A stretch of 64,000 nt of DNA. Source: Candidatus Poribacteria bacterium (lineage in GTDB: Bacteria; Poribacteria; WGA-4E; WGA-3G). The stretch covers positions 64,001 through 128,000 of the forward strand of contig CBDBFU010000014.1 in assembly GCA_965205025.1 (NCBI GenBank). The letters run 5' to 3'. The notes beneath the pieces are model-generated. The model made no database searches, was not told where the DNA came from, and worked only from the letters and a program-made list of their open reading frames with translations. The position numbers and the translations under genes were made by a program. This document shows, one piece after another, positions 32,162 through 42,592 of the stretch (position 1 is its first letter; each line of letters starts with the position of its first letter).

Positions 32162-32301
32162 TTTTCTCTCCTAATGAATTAATTTCTGTCTAATAGAGTA
32201 TTCTTAAATTAAAAGGATAGTTAAGATTTGATTAAGTGTAGATATCTACCTATAGAATTATTAGACATTGTCAGTTGTAATATGTTTATCATTTATATCT
32301 A

Positions 32302-32415
32302 ATACCATTTCCATAAATTATTGTCTCATTAGGCGGTTATTATGGCAGTCATTTTTCAGGTCACAAACTGAAAGTTTGTGGTACAAAAAGAGACATTTTC
32401 AATTAGAAATAGTAT
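32302..32415. mobile_element. MITE-like element (inverted copy at 57146-57260)
   Basis: Imperfect TIRs ATACCATTTC...GAAATAGTAT, internal hairpin CACAAACTGAAAGTTTGTG, near-identical reverse-complement copy at 57.1 kb. Confidence 0.8.
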
Positions 32416-33597
32416 AAGTTCCATAGACTTCTCATTGATAATAATACCATTTCTAAATATGTTTATCCCATCAACAATTGTGATGCATGGCTTGAAATGC
32501 TGTACAAACGGGTGTGTAAGGTTTTTGGCATTCAACATCATCCTGCAATTGTATCTGCATATCAATGTTTTTCCCAAGTATTGTTCATTTGCATACATGT
32601 CAACTCCATTATGGCATTGAGACCTTCATCTGTCAATCTCATAATTATATTAGATGTATGGATATTGTGAATGGAAAAAGTGTTAATATTTATCGTTTTG
32701 AGATGATGTCACTTTCACGGAAACCTTCACGGAGCAATTTTACGATCCCTTATTCTATAAGGGTTTATAATTTTATTTATACAATTCTCCGTGAATCACA
32801 TACGTTAATTAATTGTTAACAACTGCGTGTATGGAATGCATCTTTGGTTTTCATCTGATTATAAATCTTCTGGATAGTTTCCATATTTCCTATGAATATA
32901 CCATTATCACCTAAAATGTTCCTATGTTGGCAATTCGAAGATTGGTGTGTAAAGTTGTTGTATTGGTCTTGAGGATACTCTTCAAAATCTGAAATTTATG
33001 ATTGTTAAAAAAGCATCAAACCAGATATTTAATCCTAATATACCGACAAAAAACAGTGTATAAAAACAGACATTTAATCCTAAATACTTAGACGGTAGAT
33101 CGTGTTGTTGCTGCATTTCTCTATGCATCGAAAACATGAAAAAAGTTACACTTTTTGTCACACGGTGTGACATTGAAATTGGTGTAATTTACCCGTATAA
33201 CCCCTGTCATAGACTGACTTTACTCCACTTTGAATTGACTTTATAAGAAAATCGAAAAAATGTGATTTTGTGTTTTTGTTGTCCTTCCTGATTTTGAGAT
33301 TCCCAACGGTTAAAAAGGTATACTTTTTTGACGTATATGAAACTTCGCAATTAGGATCGTTTTTATCGAGAGTCATTAGTTTATAGTTATTGGTTTTTAG
33401 TTGTGTTCTAACTCTTAATTTTATTTTCATTTTGATAAATATTATTAAAATGTATTTGTGTTTTTGTGATATATGTATGTTTGTTGCTATAGATGGGTGT
33501 TTTCTTCATTTTTTATTAAAAATGTATTATCTGTTTCATTTGATGCTTGTTAATGCCATATACTTTACACACCCGTTGTTATGTATGTCTTGAAGTC

Positions 33598-33710
33598 CTG
33601 CACAAACTGGAAGTTTATGCTACATTTTGTTTTCTATAGACATATCACACCGCTGGTGTGTGCGCTCTACGTGTATCGGTTTTCTATAGACATATCACAC
33701 CGCTGGTGTA
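33598..33710. repeat. Cluster of REP-like palindromes
   Basis: CACAAACTGGAAGTTTATGCTAC and two direct copies of TTCTATAGACATATCACACCGCTGGTGT; same family at 51036-51245 and 49800. Confidence 0.75.
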
Positions 33711-33719
33711 ACGACCAAG

Positions 33720-34166
33720 GTTAACTTTTATCCGCTCTGGTAACAGCAGGAAATGTAGATGACAAGATACCTGTGCCACAGTTGTGTCAAGAGATCTTTG
33801 GCAAAGTTTGCTGATAAAGGATACATCTCAAAAGATCTTCGTGAGAAACTCCAAGAAGACGGTGTGTCCCTCATTTACAATGTGCGTAAAATTATGAAAC
33901 CTGAACCTATTTCTGATACCGACGCAGCACTTTAAAAAAAACGGATGTTCATTGAATCGGTGTGTAAAGAACTGAAAAGTCAAACAGAGATACAACACAC
34001 ACACGCCATAGAAGTTGTGCTAACTTTCAAGTGAATACGATTGCTGCCTTGATTGATTATACCGGTCTGAAGAAGAAACCTTCATTCAAACATAGAGAAC
34101 TACAGGAAGAAGACTTTCAGATGTCAAAAATATGTAACATCTAAAAACATTTATCAAACTCACGTT
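33720..34166 (+). pseudogene. IS982-family transposase remnant with right end
   Basis: Broken frames read GNVDD.IPVP, ADKGYISK, KKRMFIESV.KELK, QHT.RHRS..NFQVN; ends in ATCAAACTCACGT. Confidence 0.8.
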
Positions 34167-34293
34167 ATATATAAGTTATAAACGACTAAAAAATCCTTAG
34201 AGAATCATAGAAAATAATAGACGTTATATAACTAAATAAATAATTTGATTAGAACTAAAAATTGACGTATAATAACTATATAATTAAATTATA

Positions 34294-34453
34294 ACGTGAG
34301 TTTGATTATTCAAATATTTATGTTCAGTGCGGTGAATCAAGGAATCAACGGTATGAATGCTATTTAGCATTCCCCGGGAAACCGCACCTACCGGGTCTAT
34401 AGGAGTGATATTTTTGGAAAATGAAGATTATTTATCTATTATCAAACTCACGT
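34294..34453. mobile_element. IS982-derived MITE carrying a REP hairpin
   Basis: TIRs ACGTGAGTTTGAT / ATCAAACTCACGT; internal GGAAACCGCACCTACC. Confidence 0.8.
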
Positions 34454-34527
34454 TATACATAATGTACCCAGTGGTGTCAATAAAGTCTCCAATCAGATAG
34501 ATATTTATAAATCATATCTATCAGGAA

Positions 34528-34807
34528 CAATACCTTCGCTAATTATCTGAGATTTAGTTGAATGGTGTCATAGTGATATGACCAATTGCTCAGAGAAGTT
34601 CCGAGATTTCAGGAGTAAAATAACTTCAGGTTTTTTGCGTAAGTCATTTTTATTTCTGTATAGACCAAATTCCACACCAGTTGACTCTATAGGTGGACAC
34701 AGACTGAAAGTCTATCGGATAACACCGATCAGAATCGAAGGATTCCTACTGGACAAGTAGCAACTTAGGTTGACTTATGAAACATACGCCATTTTTGGCG
34801 AAGGTAT
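34528..34807. mobile_element. Internally deleted relative (MITE) of the IS at 58905-60363
   Basis: Ends CAATACCTTCG...TTGGCGAAGGTAT; homologous copy at 62088-62372. Confidence 0.8.
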
Positions 34808-34841
34808 AAACTCTCCGATATATTATTGAAAGGAAAACCTC

Positions 34842-35627
34842 ATGTTGAAAAGACTTTTAGTAAACGTATGGGACATACTTGGAATATGGACATTTATTTT
34901 ACTAGGATTTTTCTGCTTGTTTGGGATATTTTGTATTACTTGGTATAATTATAGTATAAAAGAAAGCAAGAAAGAATCTCAGGAAATACAGGAACTACTA
35001 AGGCAAAATAGTGAAAGTAAATATATTACTAATTCTACTCAACAGGACTCGAATGAATCACGCTCAGTAGAACATAATACTATGAACACCGAGAATGCCA
35101 ATAAAAATTCAGGTGAAAATACTAAAAGAGTTGAGATTCAAACAGATAGACCTAATGACAATAAGAAAGGTTACCTACCTAAAGAGATACATGATGAAGA
35201 AATAGTTGAATCGTCTTTTGGATTTGGGAGGTATCCTACAATTCCACAAGGATTTCCGCTTGGAGTGAGTTGGCAGTTTACTAACCATTTTTTACCTGAA
35301 AAAATAAAATATCAGGGAGAGTTGGTAGATAGAGTATTAATTAAATTATTCAATGATGGAGATAGAGACTTTATTGCTGGTAAGTGGCATAAAGGTAAAG
35401 TTTATCCGCTGTATCCAAATACATTTTATGTAGATATTAATGAAAAGAAAATAGAAGGAATTGATATAATTTCTCAGACTATCAGGATTTTTGGACCTAG
35501 TGGAACAAGAGATATACAAAAGAGGTTAGAGAAAGCACTTGTTCTTGGTAAAACCATTCCGGGCATTAGAGTGCTTAACATAAATTCGCATGGAATTGAT
35601 CCATACGATTATCTACAAATAAAATAA
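34842..35627 (+). CDS. Membrane-anchored hypothetical protein, paralog 1 of the GFG.YP..P / GIDPY family
   Basis: N-terminal TM, polar linker, SFGFGRYPTIPQGFP, RVLIKLF..GDR.F, KVYPLYPNT, GIDPYDYL. Confidence 0.8.
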   Translation: MLKRLLVNVWDILGIWTFILLGFFCLFGIFCITWYNYSIKESKKESQEIQELLRQNSESKYITNSTQQDSNESRSVEHNTMNTENANKNSGENTKRVEIQTDRPNDNKKGYLPKEIHDEEIVESSFGFGRYPTIPQGFPLGVSWQFTNHFLPEKIKYQGELVDRVLIKLFNDGDRDFIAGKWHKGKVYPLYPNTFYVDINEKKIEGIDIISQTIRIFGPSGTRDIQKRLEKALVLGKTIPGIRVLNINSHGIDPYDYLQIK

Positions 35628-35636
35628 GGGAGATAT

Positions 35637-36165
35637 ATGATGTTAAAATTATCGACTACTTTCACATTAGTATATTTATTGATATGCACTTCGGTATTTG
35701 TGATTGCAGATTGTGAGAAGCCATTTGTGGTGGGAAATGGGTACTACGGCGCACATGTAGAGTCGCTCTGTGATGCCTCTGTGAGCACATCCACTGAGTT
35801 ACTAGATGATGATGTTAAAGCCTTTGTGGTTTCTGCCAATGTAGATCACTATGCAAATACAAACTCAAGTTTACCTGAATATGGATTTTATTCTATAGCA
35901 GCTAATGCAATATATAGTGACATTATAAATATGGTGATAGTTAAGATTGAATCTGCAGACAGTGCATCTGAATATTACAATGGTGGGTGCTCAGAAAAGT
36001 GTTACAGGAAGGCATACTTACAGAAATCCTGACATTGCTGATCGTCTGTATGGGGAGGGAGAAGCAAATATTTGGGGAGGTCGTCAAAATTATCATTCAG
36101 AGAATATGAAGCGATATATCTACGATCATGACAAGGATATTCTTAGACATTTGTTATGGATATAA
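35637..36165 (+). CDS. Secreted beta-rich hypothetical protein (frameshift near 35986)
   Basis: SD GGGGAG after the upstream stop, signal peptide; ORFs 35637-36032 and 35947-36165 join at a G run. Confidence 0.6.
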
Positions 36166-36286
36166 TATATGCTGCAAATGTTATTTTTACGCGTTGTGTC
36201 AGTAAACACTTTGTATGTTAACATTTCACATGTTTGTCTTGTTTGAGTCTAAATTCAGCAACTTTTTCCATCCCGACAACCTCAAG

Positions 36287-36346
36287 TTAGGAGCGATCTC
36301 CGATTCACGACTACAAACGTGTCGCGATTCGGAGATCTCTCCTACA
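36287..36346. repeat. REP-like hairpin
   Basis: TAGGAGCGATCTCCGA...TCGGAGATCTCTCCTACAG, related to the 25561 REP. Confidence 0.7.
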
Positions 36347-36698
36347 GAATATAAACAGTTGTGAAAACAACAAGACTGTCAGGTAACTAGCACAAGTCGT
36401 AAATATGGTATAATGTTTCTTGTTGGTGTATTTATATCAAGCGTTGCTAAGTAATTATGATGTTAGTTCTCTATAATGAAGGCAACACCTTGACGCACAT
36501 ATATGGAGACACCGCAACTATAGGGCAAAGATATGGTTATACATAATGTACCCAGTGGTGTCAATAAAGTCTCCAATCAGATAGATATTTTAAATCATAT
36601 TTTATTAATTGTCTTAAAAGTGATATAACGCAAGACAATGCGATAATACTTGGTTTAGACGTCCAAAAGTGGTATGTCCTAACAAAAGGAGGTATCAG

Positions 36699-37465
36699 AT
36701 GCTACGCGATTATTTTATGAACAAATGGGTTCTTGGCGGTATCGGCTATCTGATAGTGTTCTCCGTTGCGTGTGTGTTGTGGTATCAGTACGATATAGCA
36801 GATGAGAGAAAAGCTGCAGTCGATACTGAAGAACTACTACGGCAATCGGGACTTTCTCATCAAGAAACAAAAGAAAGCGAGATGAGCAGCGTAGTGGGTC
36901 AAGCAATTGATATAACCATTGCAGAAAGCACACCACCAAACGCAAAGAAATCTATAACCGAAACAACTATTAAGACAGAATATTCCGGACTTAGTGATGC
37001 TCGCGAAAAACAGCCGGAACAGACACAGGAAACTACCGAAGTCGTACGGGTTTCACCATACGGGTTCGGACAATATCCAGAAGTGCCTTCTGATTATCCG
37101 ACTGACGTCATCTGGAATCAACCTGAAGCTAAAGAGAATCTTCCTGACCACGCGCTGAAAGGTATTGGAACTGTTAGATTCGGGTTCTTGTTAAGTTATG
37201 GATTGAAGGAGACAAAAACTTCCGGGGTGGATGTACTAATAATGGTAAAGTTTATCCTTACTACCATAATACTGTTTATGTTCGTTATGCACAACAGGAA
37301 ATGCCTGATGGGACAATTAGGAGGTACGTTACCAGTGCCAAGTCAGCTCCTAATGTTGAATACTCCGAAGAAGATCTTTTGTCCGCTACCTTTCCTGGTC
37401 ACCTTCGTATAATAGAATTAGATTCTACAGGAATTGATCCGTATCAATTCCTAAACTTACATTAA
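36699..37465 (+). CDS. Membrane-anchored hypothetical protein, paralog 2 (frameshifted near 37167-37180)
   Basis: SD AGGAGG; VSPYGFGQYPEVP; the shifted frame continues RVLVKLWIEGDKNF, KVYPYYHNTVYVRY, GIDPYQFLNLH*. Confidence 0.75.
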
Positions 37466-37480
37466 ATGAAGGAGCAAAAA

Positions 37481-37570
37481 ATGCACAAATTCTATACGAA
37501 AAGAAACTGCTTTAGATTTTGTTATCTGACCTTTTTAATAATTTTTGTAGTCACAGTCTTTTCTACGCGA
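37481..37570 (+). pseudogene. Truncated start of a secreted partner gene
   Basis: SD AAGGAG, MHKFYTKRNCFRFCYLTFLIIFVVTVFS, then REP/MITE sequence. Confidence 0.5.
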
Positions 37571-37725
37571 CGCGGTGAATCGTAGGACGGTTTCCCTGTC
37601 CGCATATCACCGAATGTAAAAATTAATCTTCATATGTCATTCATACCGTTGATTCCTTGATTCGCGGGACGAAAGGTGTATCCCTAAATTGACGCCTATG
37701 GTGCGGTTTGTAACCACCGGGAATG

Positions 37726-38123
37726 CTAAAATGCTAAGTAGCGTCCATCCGAAGACCACCGTCGTGCCCAGCCAACTCCGTCATCTGAACCAAGTTTATA
37801 AGTTTCCTTTGTTCTGATATTGGTAACCCAGACTGCACTACTATGATGTTCAACGAATGTTCCGGTCGGTAGATATATAGAGTATTCTGTGGTTTTTTCT
37901 TGGAACGATGACTTATGATGAGGATCTTGCACAACATAGGCAAGAAACTATCCATCGGGGAGAGCTGCAATCGTGAACAGGATGAAAACGACTTAATTTT
38001 AAGAATATCCGGAATCGTTAATGTTTTGTGAGTCATTTGTCCCTCTTTTGTGTCTTGTGTGAACGTGTCTTGGGAAATAATACACATCGCTAACCCAATC
38101 GCTAAAATCACTGTTTTTTGCAT
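37726..38123 (-). pseudogene. Fragment of an S9 peptidase beta-propeller with a signal peptide
   Basis: DILKIKS...RLQLSP, WVTNIRTKETYKLG, RWSSDGRYLAF closely match the 41.6-41.3 kb protein; frameshifted and cut by a repeat. Confidence 0.75.
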
Positions 38124-38150
38124 GAGAGTTTTCCTTTTCTCCTTTACGAC

Positions 38151-39188
38151 TTAGAGACTTAAATCACTTAGGTAATTAGCAATCTGCTTTGGTAGTCCAT
38201 CAACGGTCGTTTCCATGGCGGCGATGACAAGCGCAAAACTTTTGATGTTATCCTCAACCCGTGTTTCAGAAGGTTTACCACCGTCAATCCAATTTAAGAA
38301 TTCATTGAATAAGTGGTGGTGATGCTCATAACGGACTGGTGGGGCTGTGTAAACTTCCGTTTCACCACCAACACGATGGATTACCATCTGGTTTCCACCT
38401 CCTATTTCGACTGTGCCCTTTTCAAACTCGGCGCGGTAGGACTCATGGTTCCAACAGTATTCAATGCCAGCCGCCGAACTGTTGCCTTCATAAGAGACGT
38501 GAACACCGTTGTCCATACGCATAAGATAAAAACCGCTGGAGTAGTGTCGGAAACTTGACCATTCAGGATTCCACCCAAATCCGATCAAGGTTTCGCAATC
38601 GCCGCCAGAGAGAAACCGAAGCATGTCTAAGTGATGAACGGCACCCTCAATGAGAAGTCCGAAATCCATATCGTGCCGCCAGGCTCCCCACTCAGAATAG
38701 CGGCGAAAGTCGCACCCATATCTACCGACAACGTATTGAAGTCCTCCCAATCTACCTTCATCACGGATCCGAATCAATTCTTGTTTATTATCCGCAAAGC
38801 GGTAGTTTTGGATAATAGTGCAAGGTAATCCTGTTTTCTGTGCGGTACGCACCATTGCTTTCGCGGCATCCCAGGTATCCGCGATCGGTTTCTCGCATAT
38901 AACGGGCATCCCGTTCTCCATAGCAGCAATTGCGGCAGGACAGTGAAATTTAGGCGGAGTAGCAATACCACAAAAGTCTGCTTTGACCTCCACACATGCC
39001 TCGTTAAAATCTGTAAAGCATTGCGAAGTGCTGAGTCCTAACGCTTTGCTTTGTGCTGCGAGAACCTCTGTATTCACGTCTGCTAAACCAACGATCTCGA
39101 CCCGATCACTGAAATTGTCGGTGAAGATTTGGATCCAGTTAGCTGCCATACCACCGCCACCGATCATCAAACATGTTTGTTTCGCCAT
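38151..39188 (-). CDS. Gfo/Idh/MocA family oxidoreductase
   Basis: MIGGGGMA, VICEKPIA, EGAVHHLD. Confidence 0.9.
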   Translation of the reverse strand: MAKQTCLMIGGGGMAANWIQIFTDNFSDRVEIVGLADVNTEVLAAQSKALGLSTSQCFTDFNEACVEVKADFCGIATPPKFHCPAAIAAMENGMPVICEKPIADTWDAAKAMVRTAQKTGLPCTIIQNYRFADNKQELIRIRDEGRLGGLQYVVGRYGCDFRRYSEWGAWRHDMDFGLLIEGAVHHLDMLRFLSGGDCETLIGFGWNPEWSSFRHYSSGFYLMRMDNGVHVSYEGNSSAAGIEYCWNHESYRAEFEKGTVEIGGGNQMVIHRVGGETEVYTAPPVRYEHHHHLFNEFLNWIDGGKPSETRVEDNIKSFALVIAAMETTVDGLPKQIANYLSDLSL

Positions 39189-39296
39189 ATTCTTTCCCTT
39201 TTTAGAATTTTATGTATATTGCATCAAGCGAACATGAAATTTTGCCATAATTGTTTTTGTTGAGAAAATGAAGATTTCGAGTGCTTTTAATACAAT

Positions 39297-39418
39297 CAGG
39301 ACTTACGCATTTCATCTTAAAGTCCCCCTGATAAGGGGGATTTAGGGGGTTAAAACACCGAAATGACGGATTTTTAAGTCAAATTTTACCTTTTTTTGCT
39401 TAAGTTGCGTAAGTCCTG
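39297..39418. mobile_element. MITE with 13-bp TIRs and 5-bp target duplication
   Basis: CAGGACTTACGCA...TGCGTAAGTCCTG flanked by ACAAT/ACAAT; internal CCCCCTGATAAGGGGG hairpin. Confidence 0.85.
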
Positions 39419-39440
39419 ACAATATAGATAGGCTCTTTCT

Positions 39441-42246
39441 TCAATTCAGATGCTTTTCAAACCAATCAATGATACGTTCCCAGCAATTCTGCGCGGTGTT
39501 CAGGTCGCCAATACCTCACGAGGTGTCCTTCACCACGATACCACGCAAATGTCGCTTCCTTCTTAAGCCTGCGTAATCCTGAGAAAAGCTCCCCAGATTG
39601 CGTGTAATCATCACCATTAAAGCCTTCACCACAATAGATTAGAACAGGGGTTTCTACCTTATCTAAGTGAAAAATCGGTGAACTGTCAATATATCGTTGG
39701 CGTTCTTCCCAGAGCGAACCACCTATATCCATACGATTCTTTCCTTCTATCCATTTAATACCAAAACTTCTTTCCAGTTTGGTAAGATTCCCGTAGATTC
39801 TGGTCAAATTATAGAAACCGCCACCGCAAACTGCGGCTTTGAAACGGTTGGTCTGTGTAATCAATCCGGCTGTGGAGTATCCACCGTGACCGTACCCCGT
39901 TATTCCCAAACGATTTGCGTCGGCGATCCCCATTTCAATGACTTTGTCTACCGCAGGCAGCACATATTCGGACAATTTTTCCAACGATTCGCTGGATCTT
40001 GATGGCACATCAACACCAAGCACGGCAAAACCACGGTGCAGCAAGGAGTTGAAAAGTTCATGACATATTTATCCAACCCAAAACTATAAATATACATTGA
40101 CAAGTGCCTGCCCGGATAGACCCATGTAACTAAAGGATACTTTTTGCCTTCCTCATAGTTAGCAGGTAGCATCAAAACACCACGCAAACGCTCGCCGTTC
40201 TCTCTTTGTAATTCGACGAAACGGACCTCACCAAATTGTAAGTCGCACAGATGCGGATTGAGATTGGTTACCTGCTTACATTTTTCAGAGTCTGTATCAA
40301 ACATCCAGACTTCCTCTGGATGTGTCGCATTCTGCGCTCTGTAGACAATCTGTGTGTCGTTACTGACTAACCCTTAAATCGTATTCGTCTGCGATTTGAC
40401 GGGTTATGCTAATTGGTTCTTCATACAAGCAAGTAGCACGTGCCTCAGCCGTATTTATCAAATAAAAACCATCTTTCTTTGTTTCTGGATCATGAGTCTG
40501 GACACAGATAGACTGTGCATCGCTTGACTGCCAAACGACGTGGGTATTTACTTTCGCGACAATACCCATGATGTGTTTCTTCAATTCTTCTGTCAGTTTC
40601 CGTGCGCTGCTACCGTCTGCTGCGAATTCCCATATATTCCAGTCGATGCCACAGAAAAACGACTCTCCTGATGGTCGCCATAACGGACGTGCGTAAAATC
40701 GCAGTTTCTCTGTAATGTCTGCAGTCAAGTTCTTCTGTTCACCATCTTGGACTGAAACAATAAACAATCCATCCGATTGCGCATATACCAGATACTTACT
40801 GTCTGGTGACCAACTCACGAATAGTGCTTTTTCGGTTATATTTGTAGCCAAACTTCGGGCTGGCGTTCCATCCAAAGGAACTAATAACAACTCATATAGG
40901 GTATCTTGAGATGTCAACTCCCTTCCTCGTATTATATTGAGTACAGCAACTGCAGTATTATCCGGAGAGAGTGTAATTTTTCTCGTAAACAAGCCTCGTG
41001 CGAGAACTTGCACATCACCCGTGTCAACGTTGAAGACACCTAAATCACCTTTGATCCACACAAATTGGTCTAAATCTTCATCTAAAGAAGACTCTTCATC
41101 CGTATCCGTATGCCAAACGTTTATCGCTTGTGGAATCGTTTTGTTTGAGATAATTGTGGAAATGTCCATATCTTCGGGACGTAACTTTGTGATGATATGT
41201 TTTCCATCCGAAGTCCACTGCGGGACTTCAACACCGTGTGTTGCAGTAATCGGTTTTTCGCTAACTTGCCGCAGTTCATTTTCAACCTTATCCCAAACCC
41301 AAAGATGAGGTGTTCCCATTCGGTCAGAAAAGAAGGCTAAGTAGTTTCCATCTGGAGACCAACGAGGTGCCCAGTCAACCCCCGTCCCTGCTCCAAGCTG
41401 ATATGTTTTCTTCGTTTTGATGTTGGTAACCCATACTTCCTGACTATGATTTTCTATCAATGCGCCTGTTAGTTGATGCAGTGAAAATTCATCGGTCTGT
41501 TGTTCGAACGATGAATTTCGGTCAGGGTCGACTACTACATAGGCAAGCCACTCTCCATCTGAGGAAAGTTGCATTCGTGATCGGTCTGATAAGGACTTAA
41601 TCTTGAGTATATCTGAACTCATTTTATCTGCCATGCTATTTTCTCCTTGTGAACTGTGTTCCTTTTCAATAGAACTATCTATTGTATCTTGGACAAATAA
41701 ATCGTATTGTTTTAACCTTTGTTTTGCGCGTCGCAGCCGACTCTTAATCGTATTTTGGGGGATGCCTAAATAGCGACTTATCTCAGCGGATGTCATCTCT
41801 TCGAAGTAGTGGAGTGTGATTAACTGTTGATCACTTTCCTTTAGCTTTGAAAGTAACTTTTGTACTAATTCGCGTTGTACTTCAACAGCATCCCGCTCGT
41901 TTTCCAAAGCTACATAACGTGAATATGAATCTGTCTCGGTTTTCAATGTATAACTTTCACGTAACAATTCGGACATGGATTGCTTTTTTCGGAACCACGC
42001 GAAACAGAGATAATTTGCAATCGAAAAAAGCCATGTTGAAAACTTGGTTGGATCTCTCAGCTTTTCGAGATTCTGATACACTTCGAAAAATATTTCTTGT
42101 GTAATGTCTTCAGCAATGTGGAAATCTCCAACTTTCCGATATGTATATGCGTGAACCTGCTCTTGGTATTTACTCACCAAACTCGCAAAGGCAGCATCAT
42201 CACCCGCAAGTGTGGATTGGATCAACACAACATCGCCTGTATTCAT
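39441..42246 (-). CDS. ECF sigma-70 factor fused to an S9 prolyl-oligopeptidase-like domain (several +1 frameshifts)
   Basis: AEDITQEIF / W...IA region 2, NTIKSRLRRAK region 4; propeller PRWSPDG repeats; YPLVTWVYPG, GYGHGGY, SPIFHLDKVETP, GEGH across ORFs 40360-42270, 39948-40304 and 39466-40044. Confidence 0.8.
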
Positions 42247-42388
42247 CTGACATCTCCGGAAAGGTTTCATTATGTAAGAATTATAGTATAATTTGTGAAT
42301 AAATGGATAGGACGTTTGTGGGTAGGATGCCTAATGGCACGAAGAAACGTCCGATTAACTATTTCACTATATTATATATAGTCATATA

Positions 42389-42415
42389 GTCGCGAATTGA
42401 ATGGAAAAGGGTGCA
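42389..42415 (-). promoter_or_regulatory. Putative ECF-type promoter TGCACC-N15-CGCGAC
   Basis: Same bipartite motif and spacing as upstream of the second ECF gene (43893-43919). Confidence 0.6.
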
Positions 42416-42592
42416 TAATTCTATTAATCGGATACCGTTTCTGAATGATAACTTCTCATTTACAGTAAAATCTATATCTTTATACTACGGTATTGTGGCG
42501 AGATTTAGAACCTCGCCACAACATAGTAATAATTCGGCGGATGTTACCCCAGAAACAATACTAACACATCGTCAAAGTGTTCTACGAATCAC

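Noticed and set aside
32356-33593. Short ORFs in the AT-rich 32.3-33.6 kb region
   Set aside because: No recognisable motifs or ribosome-binding sites; they overlap repeats and are probably spurious or decayed.
33633-33710. Mini-CRISPR (two direct repeats of about 28 bp)
   Set aside because: Only two units, and the same palindrome occurs in inverted, dispersed form at 51 kb, which is REP-like.
34455-37570. Integron cassette array
   Set aside because: No integrase and no attC-like RYYYAAC...GTTRRRY inverted structure found in the shared leader.
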